A DNA stretch of 64,000 nt. Origin: Takakia lepidozioides (Eukaryota > Plantae > Bryophyta). A program made the position numbers and the translations under genes. Under the pieces are notes generated by a model. The model did not search any database and had not been told where the DNA came from. It was given only the letters and a program-made list of their open reading frames with translations. Below are positions 1 to 10,600 of the stretch, in pieces; position 1 is the first letter of the stretch; every line of letters starts with the position of its first letter. Where the stretch lies: contig CM060731.1 in the NCBI GenBank assembly GCA_030704615.1, forward strand, positions 24,676,001 to 24,740,000, read 5' to 3'.

Positions 1-239
1 AACCGAGGGAAGAAGATGACCTATTGTCATGGACAAAAACTACACTGTACGGACACAATCTCCACCCCATCCGACGGAAGAATCCTTCATGGGTGACGAC
101 CATATGGTACGAATGTGCGATGAAAAGCTGCAGGTTGAATGGTTTTGAGATGAATGAAAAAATGAATGGATGAATGTTGGATGACTTTTGGATGAAAAAT
201 GAGCGACATGAATGAACCATGGTGTGTGTGCAGGTGCTC

Positions 240-1185
240 GGGATTAAGGTGTCGTCAACGACATCTTCATTCCCAGTACGAGTTGGCACATGACAGCTTA
301 CGGAAAAACCAAAATCCCTGAATTTTTTTTACCAAAAATATTAACCAAAAAAATTTCAACCCAAAAAACTTTCAAGGCGAAGAAGCCTCGGCGGTGTGTG
401 TGCAAGTGGTGGGGATTAAGGTGTCGTCAACGACATCTTAATTCCCAGCAAGTTTTCCAAAAAATAAAAATAAAAAAATCCGTTTTTTTGTTTTTTTGGT
501 CTTTTTCCTTTCCCCGAATGTGCCAGATTAAGGTGTCGTCAACGCCATCTTAATTCCCAGCAAGTTTTCCAAAAAAAAAAACAAAAAAAAAACCTCTTTT
601 ATTTTATTTTCCCCCTGAATGTGCCAGATTAAGGTGTCGTCAACGACATCTTAATTCCCAGTACGAGTTGGCATATGACAATTCATGGAAAAATCAAAAA
701 CCCCAAAAAAATTCACCCGAAAAAATCTGATGGCGAACAAGCCTTGGCGGCAAGGCAGTGTGTGTATAAGTGCTGAGGATTAAGATGTCGTCAACGACAT
801 CTTAATTCCCAGTACGTGTTTTGAGATGTTTATTTATAAATCACGAGCTCACCTCTCTGCCTTCTTTAGATTTGGGTGTGAGCATTTCTCTCAACCTTTG
901 ATACCGTTTGATTCAAGGTGGCCTCAACTCTGCACCTTTGTCCCTACTTTCAATTTCAATGTAGTCTTGTGTTGTTCTGTGTTGTGTCATTCTCTTGTTT
1001 GATTGCTATTTGAGAGATGGAATTAAGGTGTCGTTGACGATACCTTAAATCCATGCCCTCTTGGGATGAGTTGGCCATGAATGAGGATCTTACATGGTCA
1101 ATTTTTTTAAAAAGTTGCCAACATCAGTTATGGAGTCCTGCCTCTTAGTGCCTGGATTAGGATGTCGTTGACGACATCTTAATCC
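240..1185. repeat. Array of seven ~33-35-bp palindromes (GGATTAAG(G/A)TGTCGTCAACGACATCTTAATTCCC)
   Basis: Copies at 240-274, 412-446, 524-558, 625-659 and 776-810 (core GTCAAC), and inverted copies at 1019-1052 and 1154-1185 (core GTTGAC). Spacer 1 resembles spacer 4 and spacer 2 resembles spacer 3. Confidence 0.95.
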
Positions 1186-1220
1186 TGAGAGTGAATTGCA
1201 ACCATTTTGGGTCTTTTGGG

Positions 1221-1370
1221 ATGGAGTGGGACGAGCAGCTCTACTCTCAAGTCATCGCACCTCTGTCTGGGGGTTTATCGCATTCGACCCAGACCGAGAA
1301 CATTGTTCTGGAGCAGGATCTGCAAAAGCCCAATGCTCTGGATGTTGATTCCGATTTCTCATGTGAGTAA
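1221..1370 (+). CDS. 49-aa acidic micro-ORF or first exon (MEWDEQLYSQVIAPLSGGLSHSTQTENIVLEQDLQKPNALDVDSDFSCE*), element-borne
   Basis: ATG-to-TAA ORF below the track cutoff; similar at protein level to the ORF at 3509-3673(-); its end overlaps a GTGAGTAAGT double splice donor. Confidence 0.45.
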   Translation: MEWDEQLYSQVIAPLSGGLSHSTQTENIVLEQDLQKPNALDVDSDFSCE

Positions 1371-2167
1371 GTGCTAGCTCAGTTGTGGTACTTCACTGAC
1401 ACGACGACACATCCTTCTATTTCCATCTTTCATGCACAAGTTGGGCCAGCAGAATGTATGTGGACTTACATTGTTTGTGTGTGTGTACAGGAGCCCAAGG
1501 TCACCACGGTTCCTCCCTTTCTTTGCAAACCCGCAATTTTTCCCAAGTCTGAAAGTAGATTTTAAATTGTCATGTTATGCGGAGGCTGCAGTTTCGGAAT
1601 TTAGTCTCATCTCTTCTCCCCCTACTGTGCTTTTAAACATAGAGGGTTTTGTGCAAAGCAGGGCTAGTGTCTTCATAGACAATTCTGCCTTCATTTCGGA
1701 CGCCGACTCCAGTAGCATAGAATATTCTTCGTCGGAATGAATCTGCAGTTTTTAAACTATTTAGTTTGAAGCACCAAATGGCCTCTCCACCTTCTTTGCA
1801 ATTGTGTGTCAGCAACTATGTCGACTTCTGATACCTGATGAAAGGACAATCACAACCCTCACCAGTGGGCAGAGGTTCACTCTAGAGCTAGGTGGATTTA
1901 GCAACCACTACTCAAAAATGCATCTTAGTTTTGCATTCATCCACAAACTACATTCATCCATGTGCCATTCGTCGAACATACATTCATCCCACATTCATCC
2001 ATAGTTCATCCATAACGATGAATGACGTATGCATGATATACTAGACACAACCCACAGTAGTAGGTCTTCTAGGCCGAATAGGTGTCTGCGGTTATAGGTA
2101 AGCACATGCAGAAGCGTGAGCAGAATTCTGCTCACGGATTCTGCTCACGGTTTAGCAATCCCCTTGA

Positions 2168-2250
2168 GATGGTGTCTTGAAAGCCAGATTGCACCTGTGA
2201 GCCATGCAATGGACTCCCATATAGAATGGAGCATGCTTAGAAGTATATTG
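2168..2250 (-). mobile_element. hAT-superfamily transposase fragment
   Basis: Minus strand reads SKHAPFYMGVHCMAHRCNLAFKT, matching the HCxAHxxNLA (CxxH) motif of hAT/ZNF862-like transposases; the rest of the ORF is missing. Confidence 0.7.
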
Positions 2251-3508
2251 TTGACCGTGCCATTGCGTTTGCAAGTGATGAGTTTTGCTCTTGTAAGAGT
2301 TTGTTGGATCATTAGCCATGAGCAAATTCACCTCAAGTGGATGACTGACCTCAATGATAACTCACACCAGTTGGCCTTCATTGTGAATGTTGAGCACATT
2401 TGTGCTGACAATGTGCGTGGTGCAACCATGCCCAATGTCAACATCGTGGCTGCTATTGGGGCCAATGCCAGTGTGGGGGCTGAAGTTGGCAATGTGGCTG
2501 ATGAGGCAACCTCAGAGGTTTCGAAGAATTATGTTAACAAGGATGTTGTGAATATCCGCATGGCGAAAGTTAAGAGCAAGAGTTCATATAATACTAACTT
2601 GTCCTTTCAATTAATCTTTCTGTTGTGGTTGTTGTAATTTTGTAATGCTTTGGTCAAAATTTGGGGGGGAATGCTTCCGCGTGAGCCGGTGAGCACGTGA
2701 GCCCAACCAAGCTCACGCCACGTCAACAATGTTTCCCACGTAAAGGATCTAATTCCGCAGAAGTCACTTATTTCCGCGGAACGTAAGCTGATTGCCATGC
2801 CCTAGATTTTGACAACTTTACTTTGTGAAAAGTCTCCTCCATCTTCTAAATTTTGTTTGTACGAGAAATCACGGGAGGTCTGTGAATGGCATTCGAACAC
2901 GGGCGCAGGCAATTTCACAGAGTATAATGTCCGATTGCGTAATGAACACGAACGAGAATGACTTAATTTCAACGAAGTTCCTTCCCCCCAATTCACATCC
3001 ATTTTTGAATGATTGACGATTTCCAGATATACACCACGAAATCCCTAAAGTTGCTCTGCGATATGTGTAAAAACATGGTAGTAGAACATGGTGGTAACAC
3101 TTGTAATGCAAAAACACAAGCCCAGTCTTCATCAACCCCCTCAACAACCCGAGGTTCCAGAGGAACTATTTCCAGACACGGTAGCAATGTCATCTACATA
3201 TATGCTAGCCAGACTGCCACGTTTTTTTTTTCTGCCAAGGCCCCCATAGAGAGGAGAACAGGCCGATTGCTGGGACAACACGCGTGCACATGCCTCCGCG
3301 TAAGCAGGCAAGTGGAAACCACGGGGCGGACTTGGAGTCAAGTTGTATCGTTGAAAACCGAAAGATGTCGCCGATGATTGGTGCCGCACTCTCAAACAAA
3401 CCAACCCGAATCGTGTCAGAAGTCACAATTGCGAGATTTATCATTGGAATCACGGTCGGGAAAGAAGCAAAGAAATGCATTTCCCAACCGCACGACAACA
3501 AACACGAC

Positions 3509-3673
3509 TTACTCACACTCAAAATCAGAGTCCACGTCCAGATCTTCGTCAGGAACGTCCGCCTCCACGAGAACTGCCTCCGTGCGGGGGGCTGATGTTG
3601 AGCCCGATGTAAGCTGTTCAAACTCACTATGGAACTCTGTTCTATCGAAAGAGATGATTGAAATCCATAGCAT
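3509..3673 (-). CDS. Acidic micro-ORF or exon (...FEQLTSGSTSAPRTEAVLVEADVPDEDLDVDSDFECE*), homolog of 1221-1370
   Basis: Part of track ORF 3509..3733(-); shares LDVDSDFxCE* and the GTGAGTAAGT ending with 1221-1370; start uncertain. Confidence 0.45.
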   Translation of the reverse strand: MLWISIISFDRTEFHSEFEQLTSGSTSAPRTEAVLVEADVPDEDLDVDSDFECE

Positions 3674-3767
3674 AATCAAGGTTGCGTACAAAACGAAGAA
3701 CAACAGGGCCAACAACCATACAAAATGCAACAAACTATCTTAAAAAAAAGATGCTTTCATTTCTCAA

Positions 3768-4148
3768 ATCAAGGTTGCGTCAACGCAAGGTTGAATTGCA
3801 TCACCTTCCCAAAAAAAAAAAAAAAAACCCTTCAAAAAATGATGTTTTCATTTCTCAAATCAAGGTTGAGTCAACGCAAGGTTGATTTGCATCAACCCCC
3901 CAGGGAAAAAATAAAAAATAAAATAAAAATAAAAATGTTGAAGTCGTATGTCTGTCGGTGTATGTCACGTCATGAATCGCGTTGTGCAAGCGTCTGCTAT
4001 TTGTTGCATTCGTTCCTCAAACTCATTTGTTCATTTGTGAACTCACATTCAAATGAACATTCTTTTCAAGTTCTCGAAATCAACCTTGTGTTAACACAAG
4101 ATTGATTTCAGTTCTAGGAAATCAACCTCGTGTTAATACAAGATTGAT
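3768..4148. repeat. Four 28-bp palindromes (ATCAAGGTTGCGTCAACGCAAGGTTGAT type)
   Basis: Copies at 3768-3795 and 3859-3886, inverted and more decayed copies at 4079-4106 and 4121-4148, and a half copy at 3675-3687. Confidence 0.85.
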
Positions 4149-5759
4149 ATTTGCGGACGCCCTAAACCCTTACCCATCTTACCTTTCAGATGGTGAAATC
4201 CCACAATTATAGGTCCACGATTATAGGCCCACCATCTTTGTGGTGACGTGGCACGACCTTGGGTGAGCTCACGCCATGTCAGCATTAGCGTCACGTCAGC
4301 GCTGTGAGCGTAGGCTCACGCCACATCACCATTGTGCTCACACGCCAGGCTCTCGCGGTAGCGTCATTGAAATTTGGGGGGACTTGCTGCATTTATAGGC
4401 CGGGACTTACTGTTTCGAAAGTTATTGCATTATCTATACTAACATGTGTTTATGTGGGCGTGAAACTGCAGTGGAGTAGTTTGTGGTGGAGCTGAACCTA
4501 AGATTTCTCCAACATTTTGTACTTGATGCCATGGGTATACTATACCCACAATAGTGGTTGTAAGAAGAATGTGATGAGAATTTTTCAAAGCACCATTGAT
4601 ATGTTGAACAACTAATATGGTGAAGTACGTACATTTGGCACGGGAGCGGAGAAGAATATAATGTTGGGCCTGCTGAATCGCTATGATCTTGAATCCCAAT
4701 AATGATATGTTTAAGTTAGGTTTGAAAAACAATGCCTTGGCTGCCAGTGGTCGTAGGAATGTATGGCTACAAAAAGGGAGCTTTACTTTAGCAGATCAGA
4801 GTTCTCTGCTGCATTACAAGTCACATATTTCTATTAGTAGGAAGTGTGTCCAAAACGACTGGACTTACGACTCGAAACACAGTCGCAACGGACTCTGCGA
4901 TGGGGGGGGGGGCAGTGCTAAAATACTAGTGGTATTCGGACAGCCCAGTGGAGTGCTGTCAGACAATTTGCTTATGTCATTGGATTTGGAATTTCATGGA
5001 GGGGCCACGTGGCGCAACCGGGCAGATCGCACGGGTAGTTGACTTTAACTTTGACCTACATTATTATTGACGTATTACCGAATGGGTTAACTCTTTAATG
5101 CTGCTCACCCGCGCGCGTGGCGCATAATTCTACTTCTACGTAAACACTCCAAAGTGTCCACATGGCACAACTCCGCTTGTCAAAACAGATATCATAGGGA
5201 AAATCATCTAGACCAAAGAACTTCTGCAAGGGTAGTGAGATTCCCGACGTTTACATAGACCATTTGGATTTGTTTCACTCGTCAGGCCATGGTGGCTGGC
5301 TTCCAATTCCGGACTTGTTTGGTTAGTGCCAGAATGCATGTTTTCAATGGATTATGATGCTTGTAACTCTGTTTTTCACATATATCAGTAGTGCCAAATT
5401 GCTCCTTGAAATTGGGCTATGGTATCTAAAACTTTGTTGTCTCACTCGAGTAAGTAATGCCAGGTTGTTCCTTGAAATTGGGCTACATGCCTCAAAGCTA
5501 CCTTGGCGTTTTCATGATAGCCAGTTTTCAACAATACATAGGTAGCTGTATGCCTGCTGTATGCATGTTCTTATTGTAGGCAAATTCAACCAAATACAGA
5601 TACTGCTCCCAAGAGCTCTGCCTTTGCCCCACATACATCCAGAGCATGTCTTCCAAGGTTCTGTTTGTCTTTTTTGTCTAAGCATCTGTCTCATGATGGT
5701 AGGCACTGCTAAAACAGCTAAAACATAGTTTTGTACCCAAAGCTTTAAACAAGGTAGTC

Positions 5760-6016
5760 CGAACCTGTAAACTTTGAATCCCTATCCGAAACGATTTCCC
5801 TTGGCAACCCATGCAGCCTATATACCTCTTTCACAAATAGATTGGTTGTATCAAGTGCAGTAACAGTCATCTTTGTGGGTATAAAATGTGCCTGCCATTG
5901 ACAAGCGGTCAACCACCACAAAGATAACATCATGCCCATTCCTGGTCTTTGGCAATGAGACTATGAAATCCATACCAATGGATTCCCATTTCCCCCTAGG
6001 CACATGCAGGGGCTGT
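5760..6016 (-). mobile_element. Ty3/Gypsy integrase core (rve) fragment, frameshifted
   Basis: [39 protein letters not shown], a frameshift near 5897, then [10 protein letters not shown]...VYRLHGLPREIVSDRDSKF. Confidence 0.9.
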
Positions 6017-6017
6017 T

Positions 6018-6383
6018 ATTCCAGTACTGTGCATAGTGCATGATAAAAAGTCAGTTTATGTTCATAGAAGCTTTCATAACGAAAAACCATAACAGAATGA
6101 TCTGTAAATTTGTAAATGTCAAGTTGGAATAAGAAACTGGCCTTGCTTGAAAGCAATTTGTGGACAGGGACGGAAAGGAAAGAGTGGAATGAACCTTGCA
6201 GTTTGGTAATTCCAGTACTGTGCATAGTGCAGGACAGAAAGTCAGTTTATGTTCATATAAGCTTTCAGAACGAAAGGCCAGAACATAATGATTTGTGTAA
6301 ATGTCAAGAAATTGGCCTGGCTTGAAAGCAATTTGTGGACAGGGATGGAAAGGAAAGAGTAGAAGAAACCTAGTAGTTTGGTA
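6018..6383. repeat. Diverged tandem duplication, ~191-bp period
   Basis: ATTCCAGTACTGTGCATAGTGCA...GAAAGCAATTTGTGGACAGGGA...GTTTGGTA begins at both 6018 and 6209. Confidence 0.9.
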
Positions 6384-6614
6384 TCTACAAAAAAAAATTC
6401 ATCATTTTAACCAATCTACAGGGAGAGATCTCAAATTCAGTAAACCAAAACTTGAATCCCAGCTCAGGCCAAGTATTGCCTAAGCGGGTAGACAGTTCCG
6501 GTTTTCGGTTGCGCCCTATCGCTTAAAAGAATGAAACAACGGGCGTCCCAAGGCCCTTCTTGGGGTTGGCAGTTTTGGGTCTCCCATCATTTTGTCCAAA
6601 AACGATGACGTTGA

Positions 6615-7070
6615 CGATTTCACCTTCTGTTGTTATCTTCGGCAATTCAGGGAGAAGATGACTGGGGTCAGAAACATACTTCCTCAAGAGGCTGACGTGC
6701 AATACAACATGTATCCTCCACCCTGATGGTAACTCGAGCTGATAGGCTACTTTGCCAACTTTCTTTATAATCCTGAAAGGTCCACAGTACCTTGGAGAAA
6801 GCTTATAGCACTTTCCCAGCTTTAATTGACTTTTCTTATGGATCGCTTTAAAAAGGACTTGATCTCCAATTTCAAACTCCTTAAGAGATCTCTTCTGATC
6901 AGCATAAGTCTTGGCCCTCTCTTGAGCCTTCATCATGCTTTCTCTTACCAAATCTAACTCTTGCTGCAACCGCCATATCATTTGGTTGACACTCTCAACC
7001 TTTGTATCATAAACATGCCACGATGCAGGTGTCAAGCAATCCTACCCATAAAAGCTCACGGAGCCACCTA
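6615..7070 (-). mobile_element. Ty3/Gypsy integrase C-terminal (GPY/F, SH3-like) fragment
   Basis: AQERAKTYADQKRS...FEIGDQV...KLSPRYCGPFRIIKKVGKVAYQLELP...IHVVLHVSLLRKY in ORF 6523..7035. Confidence 0.9.
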
Positions 7071-7663
7071 TTTTTGCCCCGTTTCCAGAGGTGTCGCCCG
7101 TACAATATATACATGTTGTGAAAAAATCACCAAATTGTACAACAGATCAGCAAATATGTCACCAGGTAGGATTTAGGTGGACATTCTTATAGTCGCCACC
7201 TCTGCACTTATCCCCAGCATTTTGTAGCCACGTCCACGCCTATGCAGACATGAAAAAAAGGGCTGGACGGAAGGTATTACGGAGCGAAGGAAAATGCAAA
7301 TGACTGAAAACTGGTGTGACTGGAGAGAGGAGGTTTGAATGCAAGACGCAGTGAATAAACTAGTGCTGGACAGCTGGCGTGCTATGCTACTAGTAAGTTA
7401 CTATACCAACTACAGTAGTCACACGCTGTCATTGCTGCCATAAGGCAAGAGGAGGCCCCAGGAGATGGGTGTGGGGGCAAACTATTATTTGAACTGTCCA
7501 TCTCATCCTGCTCCAGGTTTAGAATCTCTTACAAGCCAGAGTAGAGGTCTTGATGCATACCTTATCGTATCTGGTACAAGAATTTTTTCCTGATCCTCAA
7601 AGTTTATGAGCAGATATCTTCAGTTGGATTGAGAAAATCCTTTGGTTGGAGAGAGGGGCTCAG

Positions 7664-10600
7664 ATGGCGGATTTTTCAACCTCCACACATGGGCAGCGAT
7701 GGATTCTCTCCCCACAAGATCTGGTGTGGAGCACTTTGAGAAGTGAATGATTTTTTACTTTCTTTTAGGGTTAGATTAGGGTGTTTCGAGTGTCGTCGTG
7801 GGAAGTGTGGATGGGGGATTTGTGAAGGGCCTTGCAGTTGTCTGATCTAAATGTGTTCTTCCCGTGCTTGTCTGGATACTAAGTGCAGTTACGGGAGTCG
7901 GATTGACAGTCATTTCAGTCCGCCCGAGAACTGAATGTGATCGAATGGATGGGCATTTGCAGGTAAGGAACTGCGAAGCAGCTAATCAACGGGCTGTAAA
8001 AGCACTTCAGACGGTAAGCTGGGCAGGTTGATCTACTTTAAAGACTGCAAAATTGGGTTAGGTTTCTGGCATCTTAGAAATGTCTTCCATTTTTAGGCAA
8101 ATTTTCAGATTTTCCGTCAGTTACCTGTGACAGTCAGGATATCGCTTGTGGCTAACATAAAAGTTGCTTGCAGAAGGGTGCCACTCGAGTGGAATTGCAG
8201 CCAGATGGAAGTTTGGCATATCCAGGATTTCGTGCTGAAGTCGACAATGGTATGCGAGTCCTCTTATTCCGTTGTCTAATGCTGACACGAGAATACGAAC
8301 TATAATTTAATAGGGGCGGTATGCTTGCATAATGTGGTACCAGAGTGGGTTTGAACCTTACAATTCTATTCGATTCATTCAGGTCATTGTCTTAGCTCCC
8401 TCAAGAGCTTTTGGCAACATGTTGATGGGATGTGGGGGTAGGAGAGAGGTGATGTGCTCTTTAGATTCTGTGCACCACATCCTTGTGGCCATAACCCCTT
8501 GGGCCCAGGTTTGGACAGCCCATAAAGTTTCCTTTTTCATTTTTTGTGGGGGGTGGAGGTTGTGAGAGAATTGAAAGGGGTGTGGGAGAATCACTACAAT
8601 CCAGGAACTCACCCTTCAATTTGAAGACGATTATGGCTTTCCAGATTCCTCAGGACCTATTCCTTCAGTCTCCTTGACAGTTCCTGGTAGATTTGGGCCA
8701 GGTTGCAGCTTGTTTGCTCTGCAGAGTTACTTTAGTAGCCTATCTTACTCCTCGAAAGTCCTCCACTGACTGCTTTAGGAGGTTGTGGGCAAAGAAATTG
8801 AAGAAGAGAGGGGCAGACATTAAGCCTTACTCAGTGGGAGGTGTACTCTGAACAGTTACCTACCTGATGTGATTGATTGCATTTACCCCCACCAACACCA
8901 CTAGAACCAATTTTGTTCAGCATTTTGTTTTTGGTTCTATCATTGGACATACAGGAAGATGCAGAAACAGTCTGAATACCAGGGACATGTTATGGACCAG
9001 GTGTTGAGAGAGGAGGTCCATTGCCGGAGCCTTTGACTGTACAGGAGGAGCTTCTCATCCGGGTGTTTTATGAGAAAAAGATTCAGCAAGTCTGCGCAGC
9101 TTTTTCCTTTCCCAACAAAATTCAGGTCCATAATGCCGTGCCATGCTGTACAGGAAGGATAAAGTAAAGCACTTTAGTTGTTGATTGACTATCATTCCTT
9201 CCAAGTCACTCATCTGGCACTGGATGACTTCAAGTCTTAAGAGTTGCTCTCCCACTGAAAGTTACAGGTGGGCTTTGTTATGGTGAGCAACAAATTGTGT
9301 TCTTCGTATGTAACAATGGTAATAGCAATAATAGCAACCCAAGGTATAGCTTTGACCCACAAGAAGCAAACTTGTCCTGAGAATCCAATTTGTTCAATGA
9401 TATATGTCTTGTTACAGGCAACCGCCATCTTGTACTTCAAGCGGTTTTCTCAAAAGTGGTCTGTCATGGAGCATGACCCCAAGCATATAATGTGAGTTTC
9501 TCCTCATGGAATTGAATCATGTTCAGTTTAGTTAACTGCATGGAGTTTTTGGAGTTTGGGGTTCTTGCACTACCAAGCCTCAGGGTTTGATCAACCGAGT
9601 TAGTGTGCATTGATTCGATGTTGTCCACTGAAAAGTGGTTCTAACTCAGGCGGATGGGGCAGGCTCACTTGCGTCTACTTGTCTTGCAAAGTAGAGGAGT
9701 TCCATGTGTCTGCAGATGAGTTGGGAAAGGGCATTCAGCAAGATCCTCAAGTGGTTCTCAAGAATGAGTTGACTGTTCTCCAGGTTTGCACATGAACAGC
9801 TCTATTGAACCTATTTGGGAACTTTGGAAACCCTCACAGCAGGAATTGTCATGAATTAATGCCGAGGTTGGATGAACATGGAGAATCTGTGCACATCTAA
9901 AGACTGTAAAAGACAATTAGCTTGACAAGTTTGCGGATGCCTTTGGCCACAGCATAACCACCAGGTCTGATTTGGACGTGGCTTCATAACCATGTACATA
10001 ACTATCTAAGGTCCAGGTCTTCGAGCACCAATACCTCATCATTTACAGACAGCTTGGATAATGACTCGCATGCACTGTTGCAAAGTAATTATAAGAGATG
10101 GGGTCCTACTGCTGGTTCTGTACATAGCAGGCAGCTGCCCAATAAATACATTGTGACCTGCTTGAGCTCACCAAAAGACAGGAGAAGGAAAGTATTTCTT
10201 AGGTGTGTGAAGGTTGTAGTCAATAAAAATACTTCTTCGTCAGATTGTGGTTGTGTGTGTACGGTGATGTAGCAAGGTACTGAGCAGTGCTCCTGACATT
10301 TGGAGGATGGTGGTGATGGTGGTGTACTGATGGTGGTGTACGGGGTGTTGTCTGTCTGGTGCTCATTTCACCAGAGGCATGTACCATCCACATGCCAATG
10401 CTGATGTCTGCGCAGTGGTCCTTGCAGGGCCTAGATTTTGAGCTGATTGTTTATACACCTTACCGGTCAGTGGATGGTTTTACGCATGACCTAGAGGTGA
10501 GGGTGCGCTTCCTCCATCCTGCGTGTTGGCCTTTTGCAATAATAGTCACTGAACTCCCATCCAGTAGATCTATAAATTATCCCCCTGTTGCTTTTTCTGT

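Larger units (their letters stand above)
140..2025 (+). mobile_element. Putative non-autonomous DNA element (module 1): GGATGA-rich left arm, palindrome array, acidic micro-ORF, TCATCC-rich inverted right arm
   Basis: GGATGAATG-rich tract at ~145-215 is mirrored by a CATTCATCC-rich tract at ~1930-2015 and encloses the palindrome array and micro-ORF. No exact TIR or TSD resolved, so ends are approximate. Confidence 0.4.
2650..4410 (-). mobile_element. Putative non-autonomous DNA element (module 2), diverged relative of module 1
   Basis: GTGAGC/GCTCAC-rich ends at ~2670-2725 and ~4240-4365 show degenerate inverted similarity (GCTTCCGCGTGAGCC vs GCTACCGCGAGAGCC; CCAAG...GCCACGTCA). Contains related palindromes and the homologous micro-ORF. 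Confidence 0.45.

Noticed and set aside
240-1185. CRISPR array
   Set aside because: Repeats are palindromic and CRISPR-sized, but spacers are 65-210 bp and homologous to each other, repeat orientation flips, no cas genes are present, and the context is plant nuclear DNA.
2116-2637. 173-aa plus-strand ORF as a gene
   Set aside because: No recognisable domain, non-ATG start, and it overlaps the antisense hAT fragment.
7765-7781. Interstitial telomere tract (also ~4160, ~55197)
   Set aside because: Only one or two imperfect units; at most telo-box-like motifs.
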